Shown: positions 18,121-27,329, counted from the first letter of the stretch. The stretch: 53,306 nucleotides of DNA from Thermoplasmatota archaeon (GCA_036124005.1 JAZADD010000012.1:1-53306); one strand, 5' to 3'. Numbers and translations: made by a program. Notes: generated from the letters alone by a model not told the origin.

Positions 18121-19173
18121 TTACTCTTCTAGGGATGCACTTTGGGCCCGATGATAGATTTCTCTCAAAGTCTGGTCACTGATGTCTAGATAGATTCGTG
18201 TAGTTTGGATGTTGGAATGTCCAAGAAGTCGCTGGATAGACACAAGATCCACACCTCGTTCAAGGAGGCCGGTTGCGAAGTTGTGCCTTAGCGTATGGGG
18301 CGTTAGGCGCGATCTCGGAATGAGAGCATCATCAGCAATGGCATCCATCATCTTTTGGACATAGCGAGTGCTAATTCGTGCAACTCGATTTGTTAGGAAA
18401 ACGGCATCTACGTCGTCGTTAGGGGGATTCTTTCGTTGGACTAAAAGTCGCCGAGTTCCAAACCAAGCTTCCATTGCTTCTACTGAGCGCTCAGTGAATA
18501 GGACGGTACGGTCTTTGTTGCCTTTACCTCCATAGACTCTTGCAGAACGATCAGCCAAATCCATGGCTCCAATCTCAAGAGCACATAATTCGGAGACTCT
18601 CATTCCAGTATCAAGTAGCAGTGTGATGATGGGATGGGCAAGTGGATTCTCAGAATCTTGAGCCGTTCTGCGAACACGCATTACCTCATCCCTCGTGAGA
18701 GTCCTTGGTAGAGGTCGAGATGCGGCGGGGCGATGTACCCAGTCAGGGATTCGGTGCCCGATATAACGGAACAGATGACTCAATGCAGCAATCCGTGCGT
18801 TGATTGTTGCAGGTCTTAGATTAGCGATGGCTTGGATGAATAGGTCTAGTCGACCATTGTTCGGATTGCATCGATTATGCATTTCTGAGATTGAGATTTC
18901 CTCGATATCGATGTCCTCTTCTCCTGGAAGAATAGTGGCCGAGAATCGCCGTGCTGTAGATAAGTATGAACGAATTGTGTGATTACTTTTCTTCTCCGTT
19001 CTTAGTTGAGTTTCCCATAGTGGAAGACAAGCAAGATGCTGGATTCGAACTAGACGTGCAGGGAGGACTTGGTTATTGCCTGTGACAGATAAATCGAAGG
19101 GAGTAGCGATGCGGCCCGCTGGACTATCTGCAGCCCATCCGCTCCGCTGTCGTTGGTCGTCCATGGGTCCCAT
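18121..19173 (-). CDS. xerA: Tyrosine recombinase, XerA-like
   Basis: GMRVSEL, GKGNKDR, PHTLRH, LGHS and TRIY: full catalytic set. Confidence 0.88.
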   Translation of the reverse strand: MGPMDDQRQRSGWAADSPAGRIATPFDLSVTGNNQVLPARLVRIQHLACLPLWETQLRTEKKSNHTIRSYLSTARRFSATILPGEEDIDIEEISISEMHNRCNPNNGRLDLFIQAIANLRPATINARIAALSHLFRYIGHRIPDWVHRPAASRPLPRTLTRDEVMRVRRTAQDSENPLAHPIITLLLDTGMRVSELCALEIGAMDLADRSARVYGGKGNKDRTVLFTERSVEAMEAWFGTRRLLVQRKNPPNDDVDAVFLTNRVARISTRYVQKMMDAIADDALIPRSRLTPHTLRHNFATGLLERGVDLVSIQRLLGHSNIQTTRIYLDISDQTLREIYHRAQSASLEE

Positions 19174-19258
19174 CCCATCCCCGAAGGGTAGATGTGGAAC
19201 GGGGTGTCGGGTTTGAACCCTCTCATGACATTAGGAGGTGAAGGAGCGTGATTAACGG

Positions 19259-20422
19259 TCAGAACCTTTCTTCCGAAGGTGTATCGCGTCTTTGCATATG
19301 GGCACGAATTGAAGCGATTTCACCGTAGAGTACTAACTCATCGTTTGGTTGTAGTACTAGATTTTCATCGGGAGACCAGATGTATTCTTTGCCACGTAGC
19401 ACCGTCAAAGCGCGTGAATCTTCCATTCGTACATCTTTGATTCGTCGTCCGATGAACTCAGGCCAATCCTTGATTCGGACAGTCAATGCACCATGTCCAG
19501 AGTGACGACGGAGAACGTCCTGCAGATTTGTGGATTGAATCTTATGTCGCTGTGAAATCATATCGATGATTTTCCCTGCAACATTCACTTTCGATGCCTT
19601 CTCGATACCTTCGAGTCCGGGACTTGAATTCACTTCTAGGAGAATTGGGCCATTTCGTCCTTCAAGGAGATCGACGCCGCCGACCTCAATGCCAAGGAGG
19701 TTTGCAGCACGAATAGCAATCTTAGCATAATCTTCCTTCAATTCAATCGCTTCTACCTGACCCCCAAGATGGAAGTTAGAACGGAATTCACGCCCTCTTG
19801 CAACGCGGCGCATCGCTGCAACGACTTCACCTCCAGCTACAATCACTCGTACATCTCTTCCGTGACTTTCTCGAATATATTCCTGAACGAGAACCGTTTC
19901 TCGATTTGCGAGTAAACGGTAGACGTGTTCGTTGGCATCCCTAATTGATCGAGCTAGATGAACCGAGTTACCTTGAGTTCCTTGACTTGCTTTAATGACA
20001 CAAGGTACACCACCAACTCTCGATATCGCCCTTCCAGTATCTCGCCAGGACGTCACGAGTGCGGTCCGAGGGACAGGGATTCCTTGATGCGATAGAATCT
20101 GAGATGCCGTTAGTTTGTCACGGCTACGAAGGATTGAATCAGCTGAGTTGGCAACATAGACACCTTGAGATTCAAATTGACGGACGACACGCACTCCTTC
20201 GGATGTCACCGAGTAACCTATTCTTGGAATCACTGCGTCGGCTTCAATGGGCCAACCTCGGTGGATAACCGCTCCATTTTGTTCACCAAGGGCAAGGCTG
20301 GTTTCTAACGGATCAACAATTTCAACTTCGGCGCCGCGTTTTTCTGCTTCAATCACGAGACGCCTTGTGCTGTACAGCTGGGGGCCGCGGGAGAGTATAC
20401 ACAGTCTCATCGCCCTCATCAT
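19259..20422 (-). CDS. rimK: RimK family ATP-grasp alpha-L-glutamate ligase with C-terminal TrkA-C/RCK-C-like domain
   Basis: LYSTRRL, VIPRIG, RDKL, FRSNFHLGG, EVNSSPGLEGIE; tail ...GRRIKD...VLRG...PDENLVLQPNDELVLYG. Start lies between 20410 and 20434. Confidence 0.88.
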   Translation of the reverse strand: MMRAMRLCILSRGPQLYSTRRLVIEAEKRGAEVEIVDPLETSLALGEQNGAVIHRGWPIEADAVIPRIGYSVTSEGVRVVRQFESQGVYVANSADSILRSRDKLTASQILSHQGIPVPRTALVTSWRDTGRAISRVGGVPCVIKASQGTQGNSVHLARSIRDANEHVYRLLANRETVLVQEYIRESHGRDVRVIVAGGEVVAAMRRVARGREFRSNFHLGGQVEAIELKEDYAKIAIRAANLLGIEVGGVDLLEGRNGPILLEVNSSPGLEGIEKASKVNVAGKIIDMISQRHKIQSTNLQDVLRRHSGHGALTVRIKDWPEFIGRRIKDVRMEDSRALTVLRGKEYIWSPDENLVLQPNDELVLYGEIASIRAHMQRRDTPSEERF

Positions 20423-20519
20423 TCGCCGAGCCACCCGTTCCCATCTTCAAATCATCCCTTTAGAGGGTCTACCAGAGATATGGGTTCGATTGAAATCGAA
20501 GCCCACCATCGGTTAAGTC

Positions 20520-21839
20520 ATGCAACCCGGGAATACATCCGCGAGAGAAGCATCTTCAGCAGAGGAATCCAACTCTGTTCAAGGCCCATCAATGGCGCCT
20601 CCTAATGGTCCGACATCCGCTCCAGCGGCGGCATTCGACCCTATCTCTGAGATGGAAGATAGAAGGAATCGAAAGGAGCAGCGGGAAAAGCAATTGAGTA
20701 ATCTAAAGGATAATCGTTCCAGTAAGCGAATGAATGTCTATCTTGTTCTTGGAATCCTTACAATCTTATTCACGTTCTCGTTTTTCCCTGTTACACAAGG
20801 TGATTTCTCAGAGAACCCTCATCAGAACCTCAGTGCAATAGAGGTCGAATCGTGGATGGATACTTCGGATGCGAATCCTAATCCTCATTGGTCACAGGAG
20901 CAGATAGATGATCGAGCAGAGAACAAAATCTGGGATGGGAGCGATTCTAATGCAGGTTCGTTTGAGCAAGATTTGAATCAATTGATGCTTGGTTTACCAG
21001 TCCTTGATCTTGGACCAATTAATGATGTTCAAGTAAAAGTGAGTCTCAAAGGGCACCGTTTCGATGGTGGAAACACTTCTTTCCGTCTAGGATTATTTGA
21101 GGCGCCAAACGGTTGTGCGATGTTGCCTTCTGCACTTCCTTGGGAATCATCTACAGGGTTGACAGATATCACGACAGAATCCCAAGTAATTCGTTATGAC
21201 CGATCAGATGCACCAGCTCTTCCATCAGGCCAAGAGGTAGAATTTGCTCTTACTGTGAAGCCGGGTAGACATTGCCTTGTGTTCCAGTATATCGAAGGTC
21301 AACGATTGTCATCTGACCAATGGGATGGCACTGATTATCAGTGGAAGGCTACAGTGGATGCACAGGCCCAGATGTTTTGGCCACGTGCCTTACTGCTTCC
21401 AATATGCCTCCTTCTTTTGCCACTACTAGTGGCTACTATCATTGGTGCACAGAAGGCTGGCGTTGCGTACAAGAATGTCAGATATCCAGAGGCATCTAAC
21501 AAGTCAACAGAGGAACAGGTGCTTGATGCAGCCGATGCCGAGCGTGAACTTGGTATGGATCTTGCTACTGGTGCTGAGAACACTGATGCCACCGAGGAAA
21601 GTACTGTAATGTCTGAGGATATGTCATCCGAGGACGAATCTTTGACAGATACTATTGTTGAGGCTGAGGAAGAAGCCAATGAGGTCATCGAAGAACAGAA
21701 TTCTGTTAACGAGGCCCAGCAAAGTGATGACAATAACAACTCAGTAAACACACAGATTAGTCAGTACACTGATGAACAACTCCTTGCTGCAGGATGGTCT
21801 GTTGAACAAATCGAACAATACCGCGGCGGTCAATCATAG
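20520..21839 (+). CDS. Hypothetical two-TM membrane protein with extracellular domain and acidic tail
   Basis: 439-aa ORF with two hydrophobic segments flanking a ~195-aa soluble domain. Confidence 0.75.
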   Translation: MQPGNTSAREASSAEESNSVQGPSMAPPNGPTSAPAAAFDPISEMEDRRNRKEQREKQLSNLKDNRSSKRMNVYLVLGILTILFTFSFFPVTQGDFSENPHQNLSAIEVESWMDTSDANPNPHWSQEQIDDRAENKIWDGSDSNAGSFEQDLNQLMLGLPVLDLGPINDVQVKVSLKGHRFDGGNTSFRLGLFEAPNGCAMLPSALPWESSTGLTDITTESQVIRYDRSDAPALPSGQEVEFALTVKPGRHCLVFQYIEGQRLSSDQWDGTDYQWKATVDAQAQMFWPRALLLPICLLLLPLLVATIIGAQKAGVAYKNVRYPEASNKSTEEQVLDAADAERELGMDLATGAENTDATEESTVMSEDMSSEDESLTDTIVEAEEEANEVIEEQNSVNEAQQSDDNNNSVNTQISQYTDEQLLAAGWSVEQIEQYRGGQS

Positions 21840-21929
21840 GGGCTCAAATCTTAATCCGTTACACCCCACGTCCAACGGTTTGATAGTGGCGACGGGGACG
21901 TCAACATAGGGAAAGGGGGGTGTGAGCCG

Positions 21930-23990
21930 ATGAAGCGAAGTGATCTCGAGAAGAGAACAGTCGCTGATCTGAAGGTTCTTCTTGAAGCGATGGGGCTTCC
22001 ACGTTCAGGCAAAAAGTCAGAATTAATTGATCGAATTATCGACTCTCTTCGACTCGATAGTCAGGATATTGAGGAAGAAGATGAAGTCGAGGAAGATGAG
22101 GGCTTTCTAATCCTTGAAGAAGAAGAGGTTGAATCGATTGAATCTCCTTCTTCAGTTGAAATCGAAGTCGAACAGGGCACTACCGAGGTTCTGGAAGCGA
22201 CTATTCTTGAAGCGGTCATAGTAGATTCAACTGAATCGAAGCCTAGACCTGAACCTCGCGGTAGGTCAAACGAATCAGTATCCTCGGATGATAGAAAGAA
22301 GTCCAATCGAGCCTTTTTCCTCGGTACTATTCTTCTCGTAGCCGCCTTGGCTGGTGGGGGATACTGGTGGACTTGGATGCAGGATCAACAGGCTTTCTCT
22401 GTTGAACCAGCACGCTATGGTGACAGCATGGATTTCACCATGACAGGTGGATCAGTTCAAGTCAACGGGAATGACATGGTTGCTCTACTCCGTGACAACA
22501 CTGGTTCTGCGCTGGAGAAGGCTTGTGGAGATCTTGCAATTACGATGAATGGTGTGTCTAGTATTGCCTATCGTGATGCCCCGACATCAGAAATTGGTGA
22601 CCCAACGGATCGGGACAATGCTGGAGCTACTGAGACTAGGGATGCTTATGGCCGCATCCATCTTGCTGCTGAACGGTCTCTTTCTTACGAACTTCTAGCA
22701 GACCTATCAGGAAGGACTTGGACTACGGACGGTAGTCGTTGTAGTAGTAGCCTCACATGGGAAATGAATGCGAATTCAGTAGATATCTCAGTTACTTCGT
22801 GGGAGGAGTTGACTGAAGCAACAACCATTCGCTCTGAAGCGACGATGGATTTCGTCACTCCTGATGGCGATCGAAGCATGTTACAGAACACGGCTTTTGG
22901 AGGAACAGGCATCGCAGCCATAGACGAAGTCCTTCCGCTTCTTTTGCAACCCGCGGTTCCATTGGATTTACGCTCTACTTTTGGCTCCATTTTACTTGAG
23001 GAGGGTTTGACTGGGACTACAGATGGCTGGGACTATACGGTTGAGCCTACGCAGCGTGTGAATGGCGAACTTCTCGTCCCAATCAAGATGGAGCAACCTA
23101 GTATTGCTACATGTCTTGGTCATGCAAAGATCGATCTTCTTGTACGTGAGGCGACGCCATGGCCTGTAGAGCAGAAGGTGGACATACTCATTGACAAGGC
23201 ACGCGAATCTAGTGATTGTAGTTGGCATGAATCCGCAGCCCTTGATTTCGCAGTACCTGATGGCCAATTGGTGATTACTTACACTCTTCGCGAATCTACT
23301 TTCACTGCGGGTGAACGTACCATTGTTTGGGGTGACCTATACAATAGCCGACCAGGTGCAGGTGAAGGAATACCGAATACACAAATACAGTGGGATGGTC
23401 ATATGCCAGATGAATCGACAGTTCATTCTTTTACTGTTGAGGAAGCAGTTGAATGCCTCATGAATTCGAGTGCAGGAAATGGAGTACGTTCTGCTCTCAA
23501 TAATGATGGCTACCTATACAGGATGCACCATACGAATGATGGCGCCGAGGAATCATGGAACCTCAGTTGGGTAGATCCTGATTCCGACGCAGGATGGACG
23601 TTGGTACGTTCTTCAGGAAGTGACTGTGAAGTTTTGGATGATGGTACCTTAGCCCCATCGGATGCACCGGAGTACAATCTCAATGCAATTCCCAATACAT
23701 TGTCAATTGCTGAAATGCAATCGAGGATGATGGATACGTCGGATTTCCTAGGGGCCACTCAAGTGTTGATGGATGGAGGCACACTGCGTTCAGATGTTGA
23801 ATTAACATCACGTCTTGTAGTTACACAAGATACAGGCCTCCTCGACTTTATTGATGATATTGACGAAGGCGAGGTCACCTTCACAGCTTCAAGGTCATGG
23901 ACAGATGATGCTTCTGAACATTCTTTCAATCTGATTATGGATGCAGAACGGGGTCGTATGGTGGGCTGGCTTCAAACTACAACTGAATGA
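21930..23990 (+). CDS. SAP-domain, single-TM protein with large C-terminal (probably extracellular) domain
   Basis: LEKRTVADLKVLLEAMGLPRSGKKSELIDRI matches the SAP consensus; acidic linker; TM AFFLGTILLVAALAGGGYWW; SD-like GGGGTGTGA upstream. Confidence 0.85.
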   Translation: MKRSDLEKRTVADLKVLLEAMGLPRSGKKSELIDRIIDSLRLDSQDIEEEDEVEEDEGFLILEEEEVESIESPSSVEIEVEQGTTEVLEATILEAVIVDSTESKPRPEPRGRSNESVSSDDRKKSNRAFFLGTILLVAALAGGGYWWTWMQDQQAFSVEPARYGDSMDFTMTGGSVQVNGNDMVALLRDNTGSALEKACGDLAITMNGVSSIAYRDAPTSEIGDPTDRDNAGATETRDAYGRIHLAAERSLSYELLADLSGRTWTTDGSRCSSSLTWEMNANSVDISVTSWEELTEATTIRSEATMDFVTPDGDRSMLQNTAFGGTGIAAIDEVLPLLLQPAVPLDLRSTFGSILLEEGLTGTTDGWDYTVEPTQRVNGELLVPIKMEQPSIATCLGHAKIDLLVREATPWPVEQKVDILIDKARESSDCSWHESAALDFAVPDGQLVITYTLRESTFTAGERTIVWGDLYNSRPGAGEGIPNTQIQWDGHMPDESTVHSFTVEEAVECLMNSSAGNGVRSALNNDGYLYRMHHTNDGAEESWNLSWVDPDSDAGWTLVRSSGSDCEVLDDGTLAPSDAPEYNLNAIPNTLSIAEMQSRMMDTSDFLGATQVLMDGGTLRSDVELTSRLVVTQDTGLLDFIDDIDEGEVTFTASRSWTDDASEHSFNLIMDAERGRMVGWLQTTTE

Positions 23991-24026
23991 ATCGCCACTC
24001 CAACACTTACTCGTCCGTCACCTTGA

Positions 24027-25007
24027 ATGCCTCAGGCATTCGCTGAGGTCTCGATGGGTTCCGATGAATATCCGGTTGCGGACATATCGTCCATTGATGA
24101 CAACCTCATCACCGATGTCGCATTTACTGAGGTTGAACACTCAATCGAACCCGAGTCATTCGATACTAAAGCCAGACCTCGCGAGTCTATCGAATTACCT
24201 AGGGCTGAACCAACAGCCACAGGTCTTGCGCGTGTCGTCACCGTGACCAATCAGAAAGGTGGTGTTGGAAAGACTACCTCTGTGATCAATATTGCAGCTC
24301 ATGTTGCGATGCGAGGGGGGCGCGTTCTCGTTGTAGATTGTGATGCTCAGGGAAACTGCGCCTCCGGTTTAGGCATTGACAAGTCACGTGTTAACATCAC
24401 AACAAGAGATGTTGTGCTTACGCCCGCGATGGCGACACAAGCACGCCATGCGACTGCTGTTGATGGACTTCATCTAATCGTTGGTGATAGAAATCTCATT
24501 GGATTGGAAGAGGCACTTGCATCACAGTTAGGGCGAGAGGGCCGCCTTAGCGAAGCCCTTGAACCGCTCAAGCCACATTACGATCTGATTCTAATCGATA
24601 CTGCGCCTTCATTGAGTATTGTGTCAATCAATGCATTGACTGCTTCAGATGCAGTTTTGATTCCAGTGCAAACAGAGTACCTTGCTCTAGAGGGAGTTGC
24701 ATTGTTGACGGGGACTCTCAACGAAGTACGCCGTTTACTCAACCCACGTCTTGGTGTGGATGGTGTGATTATGACGATGCATGCACCAACCCTTCTGAAT
24801 ACACAGGTCGCAGGCCATCTCAGAGAGGTATTCGGTGATCTTGTCATCGAGCCAGCTATTCGGCGTAATATTCGTCTTGCAGAATCACCGAGTCAGGGTG
24901 TTCCGATTCAATTCCATGCTCCACAGAGTCATGGTGGTCAAGATTATGCTGCATTAGCTACAGAACTAGAAGCACTCTGGTTCCCAGGAGGCCTTCGTAA
25001 TGAGTAA
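24027..25007 (+). CDS. parA: ParA/Soj family ATPase
   Basis: NQKGGVGKTT deviant Walker A, DCDAQGN, IDTAPS, PVQTEYLALEG, IRRNIRLAESPS; alternative start 24054. Confidence 0.95.
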   Translation: MPQAFAEVSMGSDEYPVADISSIDDNLITDVAFTEVEHSIEPESFDTKARPRESIELPRAEPTATGLARVVTVTNQKGGVGKTTSVINIAAHVAMRGGRVLVVDCDAQGNCASGLGIDKSRVNITTRDVVLTPAMATQARHATAVDGLHLIVGDRNLIGLEEALASQLGREGRLSEALEPLKPHYDLILIDTAPSLSIVSINALTASDAVLIPVQTEYLALEGVALLTGTLNEVRRLLNPRLGVDGVIMTMHAPTLLNTQVAGHLREVFGDLVIEPAIRRNIRLAESPSQGVPIQFHAPQSHGGQDYAALATELEALWFPGGLRNE

Positions 25008-25446
25008 TGATAGACGTCGACTTGGTCGCGGGCTAGACGACCTTATGGCTCAGAATGAGATGGATTTGCCCTTTCTTTCCGCTTATGGCCCTGCATCTGA
25101 GGCGGAAGAGGACATCTCTCAAGCCAAGATTCCTCCTGAGGAGATTTTTGATGCAGTCATACGACATCTTCGATCACTTGGATGTAAAATAGAATCCGTA
25201 GAGGGGGGTAAACTCACAGTTCAAGGATTGACCGTGGTGATTGATGAAGACGCAGTTCAACTCATCTTTGAGAACGCGGTCCGCCTTCCGTTTGTCCCCA
25301 GTGATCTTGCATCACCAGGGTTGAGCGAGGGCCAAATCGATGCAGATGGTTGTAGAGCTTGTGTGATGATTCAAGCTTGGGGGATAGAAGCAAGACGTTG
25401 CTTGTCTCGATTTATCGAACACGTTACCATCAATGATGACGAATGA
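25000..25446 (+). CDS. Small parA-coupled protein with ParB-type N-terminal LGRGL motif
   Basis: Starts MSNDRRRLGRGLDDLM; overlaps the parA 3' end by 8 nt; CAGGAGG SD upstream. Confidence 0.8.
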   Translation: MSNDRRRLGRGLDDLMAQNEMDLPFLSAYGPASEAEEDISQAKIPPEEIFDAVIRHLRSLGCKIESVEGGKLTVQGLTVVIDEDAVQLIFENAVRLPFVPSDLASPGLSEGQIDADGCRACVMIQAWGIEARRCLSRFIEHVTINDDE

Positions 25447-26002
25447 TTGCTGCTATTACGAGTACTGAGATTATTCCAGCGAGTCCCACTGTGGGGACAG
25501 TACTAGTATCTTCAGTATTGTTTTCAACGCAACTATCGCCACCTTCGTAGGCTTCACCGCCCCAACCATCGCCATCGTTCCAGCAATCGGACCAAACTTT
25601 CCAGCCGAATCCAGTATCAGGGATTTTCTTCTGTTCTTCAGAGGCATTTTCAAGCATGAGATTCCAATTCACGTAGGTCTGATCCGTCATGGAGGATACT
25701 GTGCTAGTCCATGTGATATTATCTTCAGTTACCATCTCAATCTGTTCAGGAGGATAGCAGAGTCCGGTGTTTACGCAAATTTGAGTGGTTACGTATACTT
25801 TCACTGCGTCTGAGCTTTCATTGAGATTTACACGGATTACAAAATCCTCCTTTTGACTAAAGATTGAAGGCGAATCCACACTATCAATTCCAGTGTCTGA
25901 AAGGTCGCTAAATGATTCGTTGACGCCACCTTTCGACGCAGCCGCAACAGTGGTGGCGGAGACGATTATCATAATCATTGCAAGTGCAACCAGCGCCCTC
26001 AT
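25430..26002 (-). CDS. Secreted protein with C-terminal TM anchor (PGF-CTERM-like)
   Basis: Signal peptide MRALVALAMIMII; ends VPTVGLAGIISVLVIAAIIRHH. Confidence 0.72.
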   Translation of the reverse strand: MRALVALAMIMIIVSATTVAAASKGGVNESFSDLSDTGIDSVDSPSIFSQKEDFVIRVNLNESSDAVKVYVTTQICVNTGLCYPPEQIEMVTEDNITWTSTVSSMTDQTYVNWNLMLENASEEQKKIPDTGFGWKVWSDCWNDGDGWGGEAYEGGDSCVENNTEDTSTVPTVGLAGIISVLVIAAIIRHH

Positions 26003-26062
26003 GCACATATTCGTGTTACTCGACCTATTCAACGATTTTCCATTCCTGTTGCTAGACTGTTG

Positions 26063-26581
26063 TTAACTCTCAACTTCCCACAAATCATCACCAATCCAGT
26101 GTATTGTTCTGAGTGCCTTACCTTTAGTGGAAGTCTTCATCTCTTCAGCATCTAATAATGACCAGCCCATTGCAATTGGTTTTCCATGTTCTTCATCTCG
26201 AATCCAGATTAAATCGCCACGTTTGATGGCCGGGTCTACCATCTGTACACCCGCTGCCATACAGTCTGCGCCATTCATTAGAAATGGAATTGCACCTCTA
26301 TCGACAGCACACCATCCAACCTCAAGATTCCAGCGTAAGAGCCCACGAAGCGTGGGAAAGATCACTGATTCAACATCGCCTAGATCCTCCGGACGATCGA
26401 TTGTCATCACGAGGGGAATACGATCTCCGAGAAGGAGATTCAAATCTCCAAATTCAGCGATTTCAAGGAATACATCTGAGAAGTTATCCTCGATATTCAG
26501 ATTCTCATTCAGAGAATCAAGGATGCGTCGTACGACCTTCAGTCGTACGGGCTTCCTCTTCCTCATCCTACGCTTTGCCAT
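26063..26581 (-). CDS. PUA-domain RNA-binding protein (MCT-1/Tma20-like)
   Basis: FPTLR, VDRGAIPFLMNGADCMAAGV, KGKA...HWIGDDLW. Confidence 0.9.
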   Translation of the reverse strand: MAKRRMRKRKPVRLKVVRRILDSLNENLNIEDNFSDVFLEIAEFGDLNLLLGDRIPLVMTIDRPEDLGDVESVIFPTLRGLLRWNLEVGWCAVDRGAIPFLMNGADCMAAGVQMVDPAIKRGDLIWIRDEEHGKPIAMGWSLLDAEEMKTSTKGKALRTIHWIGDDLWEVES

Positions 26582-26637
26582 GCCCCTGCCTCTTTTTGAC
26601 GTCCAATGAATGTCCCGCCTTCACCGCAATACCTGTA

Positions 26638-27261
26638 ATGCAGTTCCCCACGGTTATTGGCATGGCAATGGGCTGGGGTGTCCTACGGAACTATCATGCC
26701 CATGCGGAGGAGATGGGTTCAGAACCATCGAACAATCCTCTATTCTTCCTTATGCCTCCTGCAAGTATTCTCTCATTTGACGACGGTTTTGGTGAAATAA
26801 GTCATCCTAATCCAAAATGTACTATTCATCATGAAGTAGAGTTAGTGTTTAGGATTGGTGAAAATGGCTTTCCAGATGCAGTATGTGTCGGCATAGATCT
26901 AACAAATCGTACCGAACAGGCGATTGCAAAACGGGATGGTTTACCATGGAGCGATGCCAAAGGCTTCCCCAATTCGGCACCCCATGGTACATGGAGCACC
27001 TACAATGCCGGGGTATTCGAATTGCAGTTGTCTGTCAACGGAGAAATACGGCAACAAGGTTCGAGCATGATGATGATTCACAGTATCGATCGTATACTCG
27101 AAGCACTTGGGAACCGCTTCAATCCACAGCCTGGCGACCTTGTTTTTACCGGCACGCCAAGTGGTGTGGGACCAATTGAATCAGGAGATGAAATCGTTGC
27201 AGAATTACATCAGGATGGCCGATGTATCAGTCGTCTACATCTCCATATTAGCGCTCAATAG
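26638..27261 (+). CDS. Fumarylacetoacetate hydrolase family protein
   Basis: NYHAHAEEM, HHEVEL, GIDLT, AKGF, GDLVFTGTPSGVG. The ORF extension to 26284 overlaps the divergent gene and is not used. Confidence 0.9.
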   Translation: MQFPTVIGMAMGWGVLRNYHAHAEEMGSEPSNNPLFFLMPPASILSFDDGFGEISHPNPKCTIHHEVELVFRIGENGFPDAVCVGIDLTNRTEQAIAKRDGLPWSDAKGFPNSAPHGTWSTYNAGVFELQLSVNGEIRQQGSSMMMIHSIDRILEALGNRFNPQPGDLVFTGTPSGVGPIESGDEIVAELHQDGRCISRLHLHISAQ

Positions 27262-27329
27262 TAGATAGTGTTGCAACGCTTCTTTGAAATAAGGGGAGTC
27301 GGTCGGCCGATTCCGGAGGCGATGAACTC

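Noticed and set aside
18121-19173. Tyrosine recombinase as the integrase of a mobile element
   Set aside because: No adjacent tRNA or att duplication seen, no phage or plasmid genes, housekeeping neighbours; fits chromosomal XerA.
19174-19258. dif site upstream of xerA
   Set aside because: No convincing 11-6-11 inverted repeat visible.
21840-25446. Bacterial parS palindrome (TGTTTCACGTGAAACA-like) or iterons near parA
   Set aside because: None found by eye; a degenerate site cannot be excluded without a scan.
26284-26637. N-terminal extension of the FAH ORF
   Set aside because: Overlaps the divergent PUA gene; FAH similarity begins near ATG 26638.
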